Source of the DNA: Chiloscyllium plagiosum
Lineage: Eukaryota
Reading direction: 5' to 3'
Length of the DNA stretch: 64,000 bases
Assembly (NCBI RefSeq): GCF_004010195.1
Contig: NC_057726.1
Coordinates: 70,199,623 to 70,263,622 of the forward strand
The translations under genes and the position numbers were made by a program. Positions 1-13,319 of the stretch are shown here, in pieces. The notes beneath the pieces are model-generated. The model saw only the letters and a program-made list of their open reading frames with translations, was not told where the DNA came from and ran no database searches. Position 1 is the stretch's first letter. The number at the start of each line of letters is the position of its first letter.

Positions 1-1482
1 CTATTACCTGCCCTCGACCTCTTCATTTCCAACTGCCGCCGGACATTAACGGCCTCAATCTGTCTACCTCCCTCCCCCACTCCAACCTGTCACCCTCACA
101 ACGTGCAGCCCTCCAATCCCTCTGCTCCAATCCCAACCTCACCATCAAGCCAGCGGATAAAGGGGGCTCAGTGGTAGTCTGGCGCACTGACCTCTACACC
201 GCTGAAGCCAAATGTCAAGTCGAGAACACCTCTTCCTACTGCCCCCTCGATCATGACCCCACCCCCATCACCAAACCATCATCTCCCAGACCATACAGAA
301 CCTCAGCACCTCAGGAGATCTCCCACCCACAGCGTCCAACCTCAGAGTCCGGGAACCCCGCACTGCCCGGTTCTACCTCCTTCCCAAGATCTACAAGCCT
401 GACCACCCAGCCGACCCATTGTCTCAGCATGCTCCTGCCCCACTGAACTCATCTCTACCTACCTCGACACTGTCCTATCCCCCCAGTGCAGGAACTCCCC
501 ACATACGTTGGAGACACGACCCACGCCATCCACCTCCTTCAAGACTTCCGTTTCCCCGGCCCCAACGCCTCATCTTCACCATGGATATCCAATCCCTCTA
601 CACCTCCATCCGCCATGACCAGGGCCTCCAAGCCCTCCATTCTTTCCTCTCCAGACGTCCCCAACAGGACCCTTCCACAGACATTGTCATTCGTTTGGCC
701 GAACTGGTCCTCACCTTAACAATTTCTCCTTTGAATCCTCCCACTTCCTCCAGACCAAATGGGTAGCCATGGGCACACGTATGGGCCCCAGCTATGCCTG
801 TCTCTTGTTGGCTACATAGAGCAGTTGATCTTCCGTAATTACACCGGCATCACTCCCCACTTCTTCCTCCGCTACATTGATGACTGCTTTGGCGCCACCT
901 CGTGCTCCCGCGAGGAGGTTGAGCAATTCATCAACATCACCAACACATTCCACCCTGACCTTAAATTTACCTGGACCATCTCTGACACCTCCCTCCCTTT
1001 CCTGGACCTCTCCATCTCCATTAATGACGACCGACTTGACACTGACAGTTTTTACCAACCTACCGACACCCAGAGCTACCTGGATTACACCTCTTCCCAC
1101 CCTACCTCTTGCAAACATGCCATTCCGTATTCCCAATTCCTCCGCCTCTGCCGGATCTGCTCCCAGGAGGACTAGTTACACCACAGAACACACCAGATGG
1201 CCTCCTTCTTTAGAGACTGCAATTTCCCTTCCCACGTGGTTAAAGATGCCCTCCAACGCATCTCGTCTACATCCCACACCTCCGCCCTCAGACCCCACCC
1301 CTCCAACCGTAACAAGGACAGAACGCACCTGGTGCTCACCTTCCACCCTACCAACCTTCCCATAAACCAAATCATCCGCCGACATTTCCGCCACCTCCAA
1401 ACAGACCCCACCACCAGGGATATATCTCCCTCCCCACCCCTCTCCGCCTTCCGCAAAGACCGTTCCCTCCGTGACCACCTGG
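1..1482 (+). mobile_element. Penelope-like retroelement, reverse transcriptase region (frameshifted), truncated by assembly gap
   Basis: Translates in shifting frames to LTIKPADKGGSVVVW, FTMDIQSLYTSI, FLRYIDDCF, HPDLKFTW..LPFLD and AIPYSQFLRLCRICS, which are typical Penelope RT motifs. Confidence 0.9.
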
Positions 1483-2186
1483 NNNNNNNNNNNNNNNNNN
1501 NNNNNNNNNNNNNNNNNNNNNNNNNNNNNNNNNNNNNNNNNNNNNNNNNNNNNNNNNNNNNNNNNNNNNNNNNNNNNNNNNNNNNNNNNNNNNNNNNNNN
1601 NNNNNNNNNNNNNNNNNNNNNNNNNNNNNNNNNNNNNNNNNNNNNNNNNNNNNNNNNNNNNNNNNNNNNNNNNNNNNNNNNNNNNNNNNNNNNNNNNNNN
1701 NNNNNNNNNNNNNNNNNNNNNNNNNNNNNNNNNNNNNNNNNNNNNNNNNNNNNNNNNNNNNNNNNNNNNNNNNNNNNNNNNNNNNNNNNNNNNNNNNNNN
1801 NNNNNNNNNNNNNNNNNNNNNNNNNNNNNNNNNNNNNNNNNNNNNNNNNNNNNNNNNNNNNNNNNNNNNNNNNNNNNNNNNNNNNNNNNNNNNNNNNNNN
1901 NNNNNNNNNNNNNNNNNNNNNNNNNNNNNNNNNNNNNNNNNNNNNNNNNNNNNNNNNNNNNNNNNNNNNNNNNNNNNNNNNNNNNNNNNNNNNNNNNNNN
2001 NNNNNNNNNNNNNNNNNNNNNNNNNNNNNNNNNNNNNNNNNNNNNNNNNNNNNNNNNNNNNNNNNNNNNNNNNNNNNNNNNNNNNNNNNNNNNNNNNNNN
2101 NNNNNNNNNNNNNNNNNNNNNNNNNNNNNNNNNNNNNNNNNNNNNNNNNNNNNNNNNNNNNNNNNNNNNNNNNNNNNNNNNNNNNN
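1483..2186. other. Assembly gap (704 N)
   Basis: Run of N. Confidence 1.
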
Positions 2187-2372
2187 ATGGCCAATTCACC
2201 TGACCCTGCACATCTTTGTGATGTGGGAGGAAACCGGAGCACCCGGAGGAAACCCAGGCAGACACGGGGAGAACGTGCAAACTCCACACAGTCAGTCGCC
2301 TGAGGCGGGAATTGAACCCGGGTCTCTGGCGCTGTGAGGCAGCAGTGCTAACCACTGTGCCACCGTGCCGCC
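2187..2372 (-). mobile_element. HE1/V-SINE-type tRNA-derived SINE, 5' part
   Basis: Reverse complement begins GGCGGCACGGTGGCACAGTGGTTAGCACTGCTGCC (A box), has GGTTCAATTCC (B box), then the V-domain core GTGTGGAGTTTGCACGTTCTCCCCG. Confidence 0.9.
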
Positions 2373-2630
2373 TTATTCATCTACAAACACTGCCCTAGGT
2401 TAAGTTAATAGCTATGACTTATATTTTAAGTTCAATCAAGAGACGTATCTCCAAAAACATGTAATCAAGAAAGAATCCACTATACTCACTACTGCAGCCT
2501 TTCTCTTGGACAGACTTAAAATAACAATTAGCTTATCTGATTCTGTGCTGTGAAACTCGCCTAACAGTTCCTCCAAGATTAGTTGTGAATTTCACTGTTT
2601 GTTAATTCTCCCAGATGCACTCCGATGTCC

Positions 2631-2634
2631 TTCT

Positions 2635-2679
<45 letters not shown>
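2631..2679. repeat. (CTCTCA)n microsatellite
   Basis: Direct hexamer repeat. Confidence 0.95.
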
Positions 2680-2680
<1 letters not shown>

Positions 2681-4039
2681 TGCACTATCCTCACCATGTG
2701 CTTCCTTTGTCTGCTCTTCTCCCTTTTAAACTGCTGTTGTTTTGACTTTTTTTTCCAAAGTTCCAAAACAATGCAACAGCATATAAAACAGTAATTGCTG
2801 CTCCTGGAATTCGAGGAAATCACATCCCCAACACCTTAAATACCTCAAAAAAGGGGCAACTCTCACAGCCAGAAATTTTTCCAGAACTCCATCTTGAATT
2901 ACCCAGAATCCTGCTTCTCAGAAGAGATTTATTAAAAGTTATTGCAAGCAGGGTGTAGGCAATAGAGTAAGGCAGTGAGTGAAATGAATATCTGGATGCA
3001 GTCAGCATCAGTTAGAGGAGCAAGTGAGATTCGGACCTGAGGAAAATGAGTGTTAGTTAGAAGAGTGCAAACGCAAGGTCTGGATACAGGCTGCATTAGT
3101 CAGAGCAGTGAGTGGATAGAGGGCTGAGAAGTAATCACCATCAGTTATAAGAGCGAGCAAAAAGAGGGCCCATGGAATCATAGAGATCTCTCACACAGTG
3201 AAAGGCAATTCAGTCCATTGTGCCGGGGCCATTCAAAAACAATCAGCTATTCTAAATCTACTTTTCAGCATCAGACCATAGCCTTGTGTGCCTTGGCATT
3301 GCAAGCTCACAATTAATTCCTTCATAGCTGTGAGGAAGGCTTCTGCCTGGATCATGCTTTCACATAGTCAGTCAATGTCTGAGGATCAAATGAATGGAAA
3401 ACCAGAGACAGTCAGCGTCATTTCACAGACCTGTCCTGTCCACTCCAGTCCACTCCAGCCCAGAACAGTCCAGTTGAGTCCAGTCCAGTGTCACCAGGAG
3501 TAGAGCAGACCTATACTTGGAGAAATTTATGTCTGCCATTTTAGGAACCAAAGCAGTGGTTTGTTGGTGGATATCTTGCTCGTTGATCTTCAAATCTCAT
3601 GTAAAACCTGAATAAAAGCAGTACAAACTAAGGTTTACAAGCAATGATAATGATTATTGATAGCAGTGTTGGCTGATTATAATTGATAACTTGTATGCTT
3701 ATCTTATTTAAAAGGAGTGAAGTTTATTGGTTTCAAAGGCTGAAATCATTATGTTAGTAATAATGATTAGAGGCATTTATTACTATGTTAGTTATTGAGA
3801 ATGCAATGAACGTTGCAAGGTATGAAGCATGTTATGATTATGCAATGTATGATCTCCTGGACACTCGTGTGATCCAGAACAATGATAACTGTCGTAGTGT
3901 TTAACAGTGGAATAGTTTCGGATCAGGGTTTATGGCCACTAGTCAAACTATAATTCCTAGGACACATCAGAGAGGTGGGACGTTTACCAGGTGAGTCCAA
4001 TAACTGAATGTGCCCCCATTTAACTTCTGCTGAAAGACC

Positions 4040-4930
4040 TTATTTGATGGTCATTCACCATTGCATCTTAGTGTCAGCACCTTAAGCTTTAGTGTGCCCC
4101 TCAGCACATAGCCCTGCACCTTGCAATGTGCCAGTCTGCAATACGTGGTTGCTGTCAACTCCTTGCTCTGGAAGGCCAACAAGTTTCTGGCAGATGAAAG
4201 AATACCTTTCACTGCGTTGATGGTCCTGTAGGCTCAGTCGATGTATGTCTCAGTGTGTGTCCTGCTGAATAGATCTGAGAGCCCAGAGTCCTGTGTCATA
4301 GAGCTGCTCAGGATGAACCGTGACAAATCCATGGTATCACTCTCCAGACTACCTTTGCAAATGCACATTATAGCAGGAAATGTGTGACAGTGTCTACCTC
4401 CCTGCAGCTGTTTAAAGGCCAGCATGTGCTGGTGAGAAAGTCATGAAGGGTCTCACTTCTCACTGACAGTCAAGCAATGTCGTGATGCTTGTTGGAAAGT
4501 TCTGGTGATGAGTCATTTTGTGAAATGACTTTGAAAGTCTGCTTATGGAACAACCTAACAGGTCCACCCTCTCCTTTTCCAGCAGGGTCTCAAGGATGCC
4601 GCGTGCTGACCACTTCCTGATGGACTTGTGGTCAAAGATGGTTTTTCTTTGCCCAATTTCTTCAGAAAGGACAGGTGATACAGAATATACCAACAACTTG
4701 GAGTGTTGTGCAGTGGTGAGGTCAGCCCCATCCTTCACAATACTGGGAACCTTTTCAAACCTCAGTAATGAGTCACACTTGGTGTTTCAGTACCGAGGGG
4801 GTACGCACAGCTCGATGCTGCTGCTGAGCGTGAAGGTGGCCCATCAAGGTGAGGGCAGTGTTTGGAACATGCACAGGCTTGTACATGGCAACCCTGAGGA
4901 CCTGGTCTATCTTACACGTCTAGGTTAAGT
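4040..4930 (-). mobile_element. Degenerate L1/Tx1-clade LINE ORF2 C-terminal fragment
   Basis: Minus-strand peptide FDHKSIRKWSARGILETLLEKERVD resembles the post-RT region of fish Tx1-like elements; many disruptions. Confidence 0.6.
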
Positions 4931-5129
4931 GGAAGATCGCTTTGGTGACTGCAATAGTGCAGGTTCTGGGAATGGGCCAGACTCGCAGCACATATATATA
5001 TGCAGGGGGTTCCTTTACTATCCTATGCACATTGATAGATATTCATTTATCTGGGTCAAAGAAATAGACAATTATTTGCGTGATCGAACTGGACATTTAC
5101 AAGAACAATTTAAAATGCACCCGATTGAG

Positions 5130-5455
5130 TTTAAGTTGGATGGAGAGGGATAAGAGTGCACTACAGGGCAAGAGTTATAGCTGGGGGCAGGGAAATTATG
5201 ATGCGGTGAGGCATGACTTAGGATGTTGGGCCTGGAAAAGTAAGTTTCAAGGCAAGGGTATAATTGATATGTGGAGCTTGTTCAAGGAGCAACTATTGAG
5301 TGTCCTTGATAAGTATGTACCCGTCAGGCAGGGAGGAAAGGGTCGTGTGAGGGAGCCGTGGTTTAATAAGGAATTGGAATCCCTTGTTAAATGGAAGAGG
5401 GCGGCCTATATAAAGATGAGGCGTGAATGTTCAATTGGGGCGATTGAGAGTTATG
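5130..5455 (+). mobile_element. CR1-type LINE ORF2 fragment (endonuclease-RT linker)
   Basis: NYDAVRHDL..W..MWSLFKEQLLSVLDKYVP..EPWFNKE. Confidence 0.8.
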
Positions 5456-5515
5456 GTTGGTCCGGGTGTCCCAGAGGTGTTCTCTGAAACATTCCGCAAG
5501 TAGGCGGCCTGTCTT

Positions 5516-5727
5516 CCACCTATCGCATTTCCAACGCCCCTCCCCCAAGTCCCTCCTCCCTACCTTTTATCTTAGCCTGCTGGACACACTTTCCTCATTC
5601 CTGAAGAAGGGCTTATGCCTGAAACGTCGATTCTCCTGTTCCTTGGATGCTGCCTGACCTGCTGCGCTTTTCCAGCAATACATTTTCAGCTCTGATCTCC
5701 AGCATCTGCAGCCCTCACTTTCTCCTC
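5516..5727 (+). mobile_element. Penelope 3' end/pLTR fragment with hammerhead core
   Basis: CTGAAGA-AGGGC-TTAT-GCCT-GAAAC at 5601-5625, followed by the GATGCTGCCTGACCTGCTGCGCTTTTCCAGC tail shared with other copies in the window. Confidence 0.8.
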
Positions 5728-5821
5728 GGTTTCATAAGCAGCCAATCAAACTGTAAACCACTGTGATCGAAGGATTCTCAGTCACCAAAATAAAATCGAC
5801 ATTGGATTGAGCTATTATTAT

Positions 5822-6105
5822 GGCACGGTGGCTCAGTGATTACCACTGCTGCCTCGCAGCGCCAGGGACCCGGGTTCGATTCCAGCTTCAGGTGACCGTC
5901 TGTGTGGAGTTTGCACATTCTCCCTGTGTCTGCATGGGTTTCCTCCCACAGTCCAAAGGTCAGGTGAATGGCCATGCTAAATTGCCCATAGTGATAGATG
6001 CATTCGTAGGGAGTAGGGGAATGGGTCTGGGTGGGTTGGAAAATTTGGTGTGGACTTGTTGGGCTGAAGGGCCTGTTTCCACACTGTAGGGAATCTAATC
6101 TAATC
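5822..6105 (+). mobile_element. HE1/V-SINE-type SINE
   Basis: tRNA-like head, V-domain core, and 3' GAAGGGCCTGTTTCCACACTGT + (AATCT)n tail. Confidence 0.9.
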
Positions 6106-6444
6106 ACACTGGCTTAAAATATCTACATTTTGGTCTGGAAGCCATAAACTTTCCAAGTTGTCAAGACTCCATAAACTAACAGATTTTCTCCTTCAAGTTC
6201 AAACCTGACTGAGAATAAACATTGATATCTTGTGATTTACAGGCTTGGAATGATGCTGCCGAAACACCCTGGCTGTGGAGGTGAGATGAGTCCATTGCTA
6301 ACACATGCATGCTGTATTGTGCCCAATAAAAAAAAAATTGCATTTATGTAAAACCTTTCATGATCCCAGGAAATTCCAAAGCAATAGTGAATAAGGTGAA
6401 GTCATGGTAGTGTGGGAAATATGGTGAAACAAACCAGAACTCGC

Positions 6445-6800
6445 TGTGTTTACTCAGCGAGTCGTGAGTTCATGGAATGCGCTGCCTGTGGGAGTGGCAG
6501 AGTCAGAATCATTGGCGAACTTTAAGTGGCAATTGGATAGGTACATGGATGGGTGCTTAAGCTAGGACAAATGTTCGGCACAACATCGTGGGCCGAAGGG
6601 CCTGTTCTGTGCTGTATTGTTCTATGTTCTCTATGTTCAGTAGCAGTGGTGGACTCTCCCTCTTTATGGGCATTTAAACGTGCATTGGATAGGCATATGG
6701 AGGATAGTGGGCTAGTGTAGGTTAGGTGGGCTTGGATCGGCGCAACATCGAGGGCCAAAGGGCCTGTACTGCGCTGTATTCTTCTATGTTCTATGTTCTA
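6445..6800 (+). mobile_element. Two adjacent CR1 3' ends
   Basis: TGGAATGCGCTGCC (WNALP) and GGGCCGAAGGGCCTGT..(TTCTATG)n terminal repeat, present twice. Confidence 0.85.
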
Positions 6801-7097
6801 TGCGGGTTTGTTTATCACCCAGTCATATTAGTACAACATCCCAGAACAGCAGAGCGTATTTTAGATTCTGATTTTATGAGAAGATACAAATTCTCTTTTG
6901 ATCCAGTGAATTGATGCAGCTGGCAGATGGCTGTGCGCTGTATTCTTCTATGTTCTATGTTCTATGCGGGTTTGTTTATCACCCAGTCATATTAGTACAA
7001 CATCCCAGAACAGCAGAGCGTATTTTAGATTCTGATTTTATGAGAAGATACAAATTCTCTTTTGATCCAGTGAATTGATGCAGCTGGCAGATGGCTG
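6770..7097. repeat. Exact 164-bp tandem duplication
   Basis: 6770-6933 is identical to 6934-7097. Confidence 0.95.
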
Positions 7098-7189
7098 ATG
7101 TCAGTGAGATGCCAGCAGAGACAGGCACAGAAACCTGGACAGTCTGTGCAGTCAGGGAATTCTGGCTGAAACTGACAGACATCCAAATA

Positions 7190-8025
7190 TGTTTTAAAGA
7201 TTGTAGGGTTTCCAGCCTCCACTATCTCCCCAGATGGTACATTTCAGATTCTCACGACCTGCAGAGTGAAATGTCTTTTTTCTCAAATCCCCGCTGAATT
7301 TCCTGCCACTTACCCTAAAACTCAATCAAAGTGAATAGCTGCTCCCCGCCATATCCCTAATAATCTTATACATGTCAGCAGCCTTCTCTGCTCTGACAAA
7401 AACAATCCAAGTCTATCTAATGACTCCTTATATTTCAATTGTTCCAACCCAGGCAATATTATTGTGAACCTCCTCTGTATCCCATCAAGTGAGATCACAT
7501 TCTTCCCAGTGAACATAACTGCAGCTGTGACCTGACCAACACTCTGTACCACTCCGACATTACCTCCTTGCTCTGACTGTGCCACACCTAATTAAAGCAA
7601 GTATTCCATATGCCTTAGAATATAGAACATAGAACAGTACAGCACAGTACAGGCCCTTTGGGCCTTATGTTGTGTTGATGTTTTATCCCACATTAAGATC
7701 AAACTAACCTACATACCCTTCATTTTACAATCATCCTTTTGCATATCCAAAAGTCATTTAAATGTCCCTAATGTATTTGAATCTACTACCACCGCTGGCA
7801 GTGCATTCCACGCAACCACCACTCTCTGTGTAAAGAGATACTCCCTGACATCTCCCCTAAATCTTCCTCCAATCACCTTAAAATTATGTACCCTTGTCAT
7901 AGCCATTTCCACCCTGGGGAAAAGTCTCTGTCTATTCACTCTATCTATGCCTCTCATCATCTTGTACACTTCTATGATGTCGCCTCTCATCCTTCTTCGC
8001 TTCAATGAGAAACAAGTTAGCTCAC
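7190..8025 (-). mobile_element. CR1-type LINE 3' fragments (two, minus strand)
   Basis: IQRRFTIILPGL..LDRLGLF; RRMRGDIIEVYKMMRGIDRV..FTQRVV.AWNALP; (CATAGAA)n tail at about 7616. Confidence 0.85.
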
Positions 8026-8026
8026 T

Positions 8027-9300
8027 CTTGGAGAAGATACTGAGGGACAAAATGTATACACATTTGGAAGAAAATGGACTAGTTAGTGATAGGCAGTATG
8101 CTTCTCTTATGGGGAAGCTCATCTCTGACCAACCTGATTGAATTTTTTAAAGAGATGATAAGGATTGTTGATGAGGGAAGGGCTGTGGGTGTATTTATAT
8201 GGACTTTAGCCACGTGGCAGATTGGTACAAAACTTAAATCACATGAGATTTGGGGTAAGCTGGCTAGATAGATACAAAACTGGCTTGTTCATAGAAGACA
8301 GGTGGTAGTGGAGGGTGTTTTTCAGAATGGAGACCGGTCAATAGTGGTGTTCCACAGGAATCAGTCATAGATCCTCTCTTGTACACATAAATGATCTGGA
8401 AGAAAATGTGAGTGGTCTGATTATAAAGTTTGCAGATGACACAAAGATTTGTGGAGTTGCTAATAATGCAGACAATTGTAAAAGAATACAGCAGAATATA
8501 GGTAGATTGGCGATTGGGCACTGAAATGGCAGAAGGAGTTTATTCCACACAAATGTGAAGTGATGCATTTTGGAGGATCAAATTTAGATGTGAATTACAC
8601 TGAAACTGGCTGAATCCTTAGGAACATTAACATACAGACAGATCTGGGCATGCAGGTCCACAGTTCCCTAAAAATGGTAACATAAGCTGCCAAGGTAATT
8701 AAAAAGGCATATGTCATGCTTGCCTTCATCATAGAGTATAAAAGTTATCAAACCATGTTGCAGGTGTATAAAACTCTTATTCAGCCATATTTGAAGTACT
8801 GTATACAGTTTTGAACTACCAGAAGGATGTTGAAGCCTTGGAAAGAGTGCAGAGAAGGTTCACCAGGTTGTTGCCTGGTCTCGAGGGCATTGGCTACGAA
8901 GAAGGTTTAAAGCAACTAGGATTGTTTTCACTGGAAAGACCTCAGCTAAGAGGAGACCTGATAGAGTTCTACAAAATTATGAGAGGCATGGATAGGGTAG
9001 ACGATCAGTGGCTTTTGCCCAGTTTTGCTGTTCCAATTATAAGGGGACACAGGTTAAGGGTGAGGGGGGAAGATTAAGGAAGATGTGCAAGCGAAGGTTT
9101 TCACGCAGAGAGTGATAGGAGCCTGGAACACTGTGAGAGAACAGACACGTTGGTGACATTTCAGAGGTATCTGGATGATTACATGAATAGAGGGATATGG
9201 ACCGAATAAGGGCAGAAGGTTTGTTGTTTGGTTTAGTTAGGGCATGATGAACAACACAAGGCAAAAGGCCTGTTCCTGTGCTGTGCTTCTGTTTGTTCTT
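8027..9300 (+). mobile_element. CR1-type LINE RT to 3' end, degenerate
   Basis: LTNLIEFF, KFADDTK, DVEALERVQRRFTRLLPGL, LRGDLIEFYK. Confidence 0.9.
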
Positions 9301-9304
9301 CGTT

Positions 9305-10225
9305 CTTAAATATCCTATTCACATGCTCTCCTGACTTCATTGATCTGTGAATAATTACCCTAAGATATCTCTGTTCCTCTGAGCTACTCATAAAATGTGA
9401 CCTTTTCTTGTTTCTTTCTCTATACTGTATCAACTTGGACTTCTCAGGTTTAATTACCATCTGCCACTGATCTGTCCACCTGACCAATCCATCTATATTT
9501 TCTTGCAACCTCCAAACATCTTCTTCACATTTAACTATCCACCCTACCAATCTTGGTGTCATTTGCCAACTTTCCTAACATTCCCCTACATTTTCATCTC
9601 TATCATTTATGTATTCTTGATATATCTTTCCCTGATTAACACTTTCCTTTAATGTATTTATAAAGAAGTTTTGTGTTCTCCTGAGTCCTGTCCATGAGTC
9701 CTTTTTTATTCGACCTGTTTGCTCTTCTAATTCATTTCTGAATCTCCCTGTTGCTCTTCCAACATGCCTCTGGGACCATAGCTGAATTGTTCCCTTTGAA
9801 CTTGTTAAAAGCAATTCTAACACAAATAAGTGTCCCAGTACTGCTCCTTATGGTACACCACTGGACACTGGTCTCCAGTCACTCGAACAGCCTTTATGTC
9901 TATTGCTCAGCCAGATTCTGATTCATCTCACCAGGTATCTCTGAATTCCATGTTCTTTAACCTTCTCAATCGGCCTCCCTGTGGGTTCTTGTCAAAAGCT
10001 TTGAGAAAATCCATACAAACCACATCAACGAAACTTCCCCCATCCACATACATGAATAGATTTTCAAAACAATTCTCAAACAAACTTAATAGATATGATC
10101 TCTCTCTGACAAATGCCTGCTGATGTCCCTGAATTAACCCTTGTCTTTCCAAGTTGATCTTAATTCACTCCTTCAGGATTTTGTCCAATAGTTTCCCGTC
10201 CACTGATGTGGGACGCACTGGTCTT
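9305..10225 (-). mobile_element. Old CR1-type LINE RT fragment
   Basis: DVVCMDFLKAFDK; LQENIDGLVRWTDQWQM. Confidence 0.8.
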
Positions 10226-10304
10226 TTATACCTCATTTAGTATACCTCATTTATACCTCATTATATCTCATAATGGGAAAAGTAGTTTCAAACAAGTAAT
10301 TTGA

Positions 10305-10412
10305 GATTACAGACAGGCAGGAATCGAATCCCGAACCCTGGTGCAGTGAGATAGCAGTGATAACTACTGAGCCCCCATGCCACCCCTGAGCCACCGTGCC
10401 ACCGTGCCACCA
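10305..10412 (-). mobile_element. SINE tRNA-like head fragment
   Basis: Reverse complement of GGTGGCACGGTGGCTCAG..GGTTCGGGATTCGATTCC. Confidence 0.7.
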
Positions 10413-11049
10413 TGATTTAATCATATTATATGCTTTAATCTTTTTAATAATTTTTACAATTCAATTTGTTAAATGAGAATGAGAGGTAACACAACAGTTA
10501 AGCAAGAATGAAATTAATTGCAAAAACTTAATATTAGAGATATATTAATAGTTAATTTGACTGATTTCAAATACTCACCTGTGAGTTAGTTGCTTTCATT
10601 TTGCTTGGAGTGTTGGGATCAAGAAGAGGGATTGTAGACAGGTGGCCAGCAGGAGAAATGTTTACGAGGTTGATTAAGAGCTGCAATCAAGCATGCTGGG
10701 AATTTGGTCAAGTTAATTTAAACTCTGACATCAGTTAGAAATGCAGCCAAGGCATGATATGACCTGTTCTCTCAGCTATGACCTCCAGTTTCCTGTGTTG
10801 ACCAAATAAGGTAAGTAATAGTCTGACTTTACCATGGAATGTGGCTATTTAACATTTTAGAGTTGCTCACCAGTAAAACTCCATTGGCTGTAACTGAATG
10901 GTGTGATCAGGGTTTGGTTAATTCATTGGCTGAGTGCAAGAAGAGTTTTGCAGGAAGAGTGCACTTTGAGATAATGTCAGCAGAACAAAGAATTTTGCAG
11001 GAGGAGCTCTTAACACCAAGATTCACAAAGAAAGTGCTCTGATCTTCTC

Positions 11050-12790
11050 TTCAGAGAAGACAAAGAACCATGAGGAAAGATCTACTCCTGGATCAAAACT
11101 TAATTCCCTCAAGAGCAAGATCATCCTTCGTCAGCTAACGACAATAAAGCTGCAGACAGTATTCCAAGTTGGAGTCACCAATGTCTTATATAATTATGGC
11201 AGGGCATCCTTATTCTTGCGCACCAAACCTCTCACTCTGAAGGCAAATATACAGTTTTCCTCCTTCACTGTCTGATGCACCTGTGGGTTTAATTGTAGCG
11301 ACTGGTGCACAAGGGCACCCGAGTGTAATTGAACATATCTCTCTTTCAACTTGCAGTCTTTCAAATACTAATCCCCCTACATATTTTATTATTAAAAGGG
11401 ATAACTTCACATTTTCCGTTGTACTGTATCTGCTATGCATTAAGCCAGTCACTCAGCCGGTCCAAATCGCACTTCAACATCTCTGCATCGTCCTCATAGC
11501 TTCTCCTTCCACCCAGATTTGTATCAAATTTTGAGATAATACGTTTAGCTCTCTCGTCTATCCGTATTATGAATACCTTGGGTGCTGGTACTGATCCCTG
11601 CAGTACCCCATTAGTCACCGCATGCTATTCATTAAAACACCCATTTATTCCTACTCTTTGTTTCCTATTTGCTCATCAATTTTCTATCCAACTCAATACA
11701 CTACCCCAATCCCATGAACTTTTATTTTTCACATTTTATGTGGGACTTTATCGAAAGTCCCAAAAAACCAGAACTATTAGCTACCGCAACCAACTCTATT
11801 AGTTTAATTGAAGAAGAATTTCAGCAGATTTGTGAGGTATGATTACCCCTTCACAACTCCATGCAGATTATCTGAAATTCCACAGTGATTTCAAAGTGCT
11901 CTAGTATAATATTTTTTCATAATGCACTTGAGCATTTTCCCAATATGGAATTCAGACTCACCGGTCTACGATTCGCTGTTTTCTTTCTCGCTCCTTTTTC
12001 AAACAGTAGGGAACTGTTCCAGAGTGTGAAGTATCTTGGAAAATGACCACCAATGCATTTTTTATTTCAATGGTCATTTTTTTCAGTTCTCTGGATGTAG
12101 ATTATCAGACCCTGGTCCTTTTCACATCAATTTCTCAAGCATTTTTTTCTAAAAATGCATGTTTGTTTCAGTTCCTCCCTCTCACTAAACCCTGCATTCC
12201 CTCTCATTTCTGGTATCTTATTCATGTCCTCCTTTGTGAAGTTAGAAGTAAAATATAAATATAGCTCATCAGAATTTTTTTCCATATTATAAACTTCTAA
12301 CTGTGGGTTAACTGTGAGGGATCTACATTTGCTTTCATCAGTCTGTCTGTATTTGCACTTTCATAGAAAGCTTTACAGTCAGTTCTTATGTTCCCCATAA
12401 ACTTACTCTCATGCTGTCTTTCCCATTTTCTTAAGCAAGACCTGGAACCTCCTTTGATGACTTTTAAATTGTTCCCAATCCTCAAGTCTACTGCTTTTAC
12501 TAGACAATATGTATGTTTCTCTTTGCTTTTAAGACCCTCTAACTTCCCCCATAAGTCATGATTTGACAAGTGTTCTCTTTCCAATGTTGCATCAGACAGG
12601 AATAAGTAATTTTTGGAATTCACCCATTTGCTTTTTGAATGTTTTCCATTGCCTATCAACTGTCATTCCTTTCAGTAACCTTTCACAATCCATCATCTGA
12701 AACTCAAGCCTCTTATCACTGTAGTTTCCTTTTCTAAGATTCAGGACTCTAGTCTCAGAATCAGTTACTCAATCTCCATCTTGATGAAGT
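11050..12790 (-). mobile_element. Old CR1-type LINE ORF2 fragment
   Basis: MTNGVLQGSV, ISKFDTNLGG, LKCDLDRLSDW, NIRTDCKAFY. Confidence 0.75.
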
Positions 12791-13172
12791 GCGTACATGT
12801 CCCAATTGGAAAACAGTGGTACCAGAAGAGAACCCACCATCACCTTCGGAGTACTAACCAAGGATCCTTAGGGATGGGCAGCAAATTCTGGCTTTGCCAA
12901 GGATGCCCACCTCCCAGGAAAGAATGAAATGGACATACTGTGGCTACCTGTGAAATCAAGTCTGCAACTTCATAGAACATTCTAGCAATGTTCACACGTA
13001 TGCTTTGCAGAAATTATTTTCTGGATGCCTTGTGTTTCTGTGATCCCAGTCCACATTAGGTATTTCTACAATGTGTTCTAATACCATTTCTTTGGAGGTT
13101 TTACATCTGTTTGTTCATAAGACTGTAAGTAATATCAACCTAATTGTGTCCTTCGAGAATTTTGTTTGCTAT

Positions 13173-13180
13173 TTATATAA
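13173..13180 (+). promoter_or_regulatory. Candidate TATA box of GPR139-like gene 1
   Basis: TTATATAA about 60 bp upstream of the exon-1 ATG; position-based inference only. Confidence 0.35.
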
Positions 13181-13234
13181 ACTCCTTGAGTTGGTGACAG
13201 TTTCATGTTAAGATTGGATTATTTGACACTGAAA

Positions 13235-13319
13235 ATGAAGTATCCTTTCAATGCGTTACAAACAGTTGCTGATGTTGAGTTCATTTACTGTCCTGTGCTC
13301 GTGGTTATTGGAGTCCCTG
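13235..13319 (+). CDS. GPR139/GPR142-like class A GPCR gene 1, coding exon 1 (N-terminus and first half of TM1)
   Basis: ATG..MKYPFNALQTVADVEFIYCPVLVVIGVP+G|GTAAGT. The phase-1 donor joins exon 2 (TC AAC) to give ..IGVPVNLMAVVILSR, completing TM1. An in-frame alternative ATG lies at 13205. Confidence 0.85.

Noticed and set aside
1172-2355. Long ORFs of 288-371 aa
   Set aside because: Artefacts of reading through the N gap.
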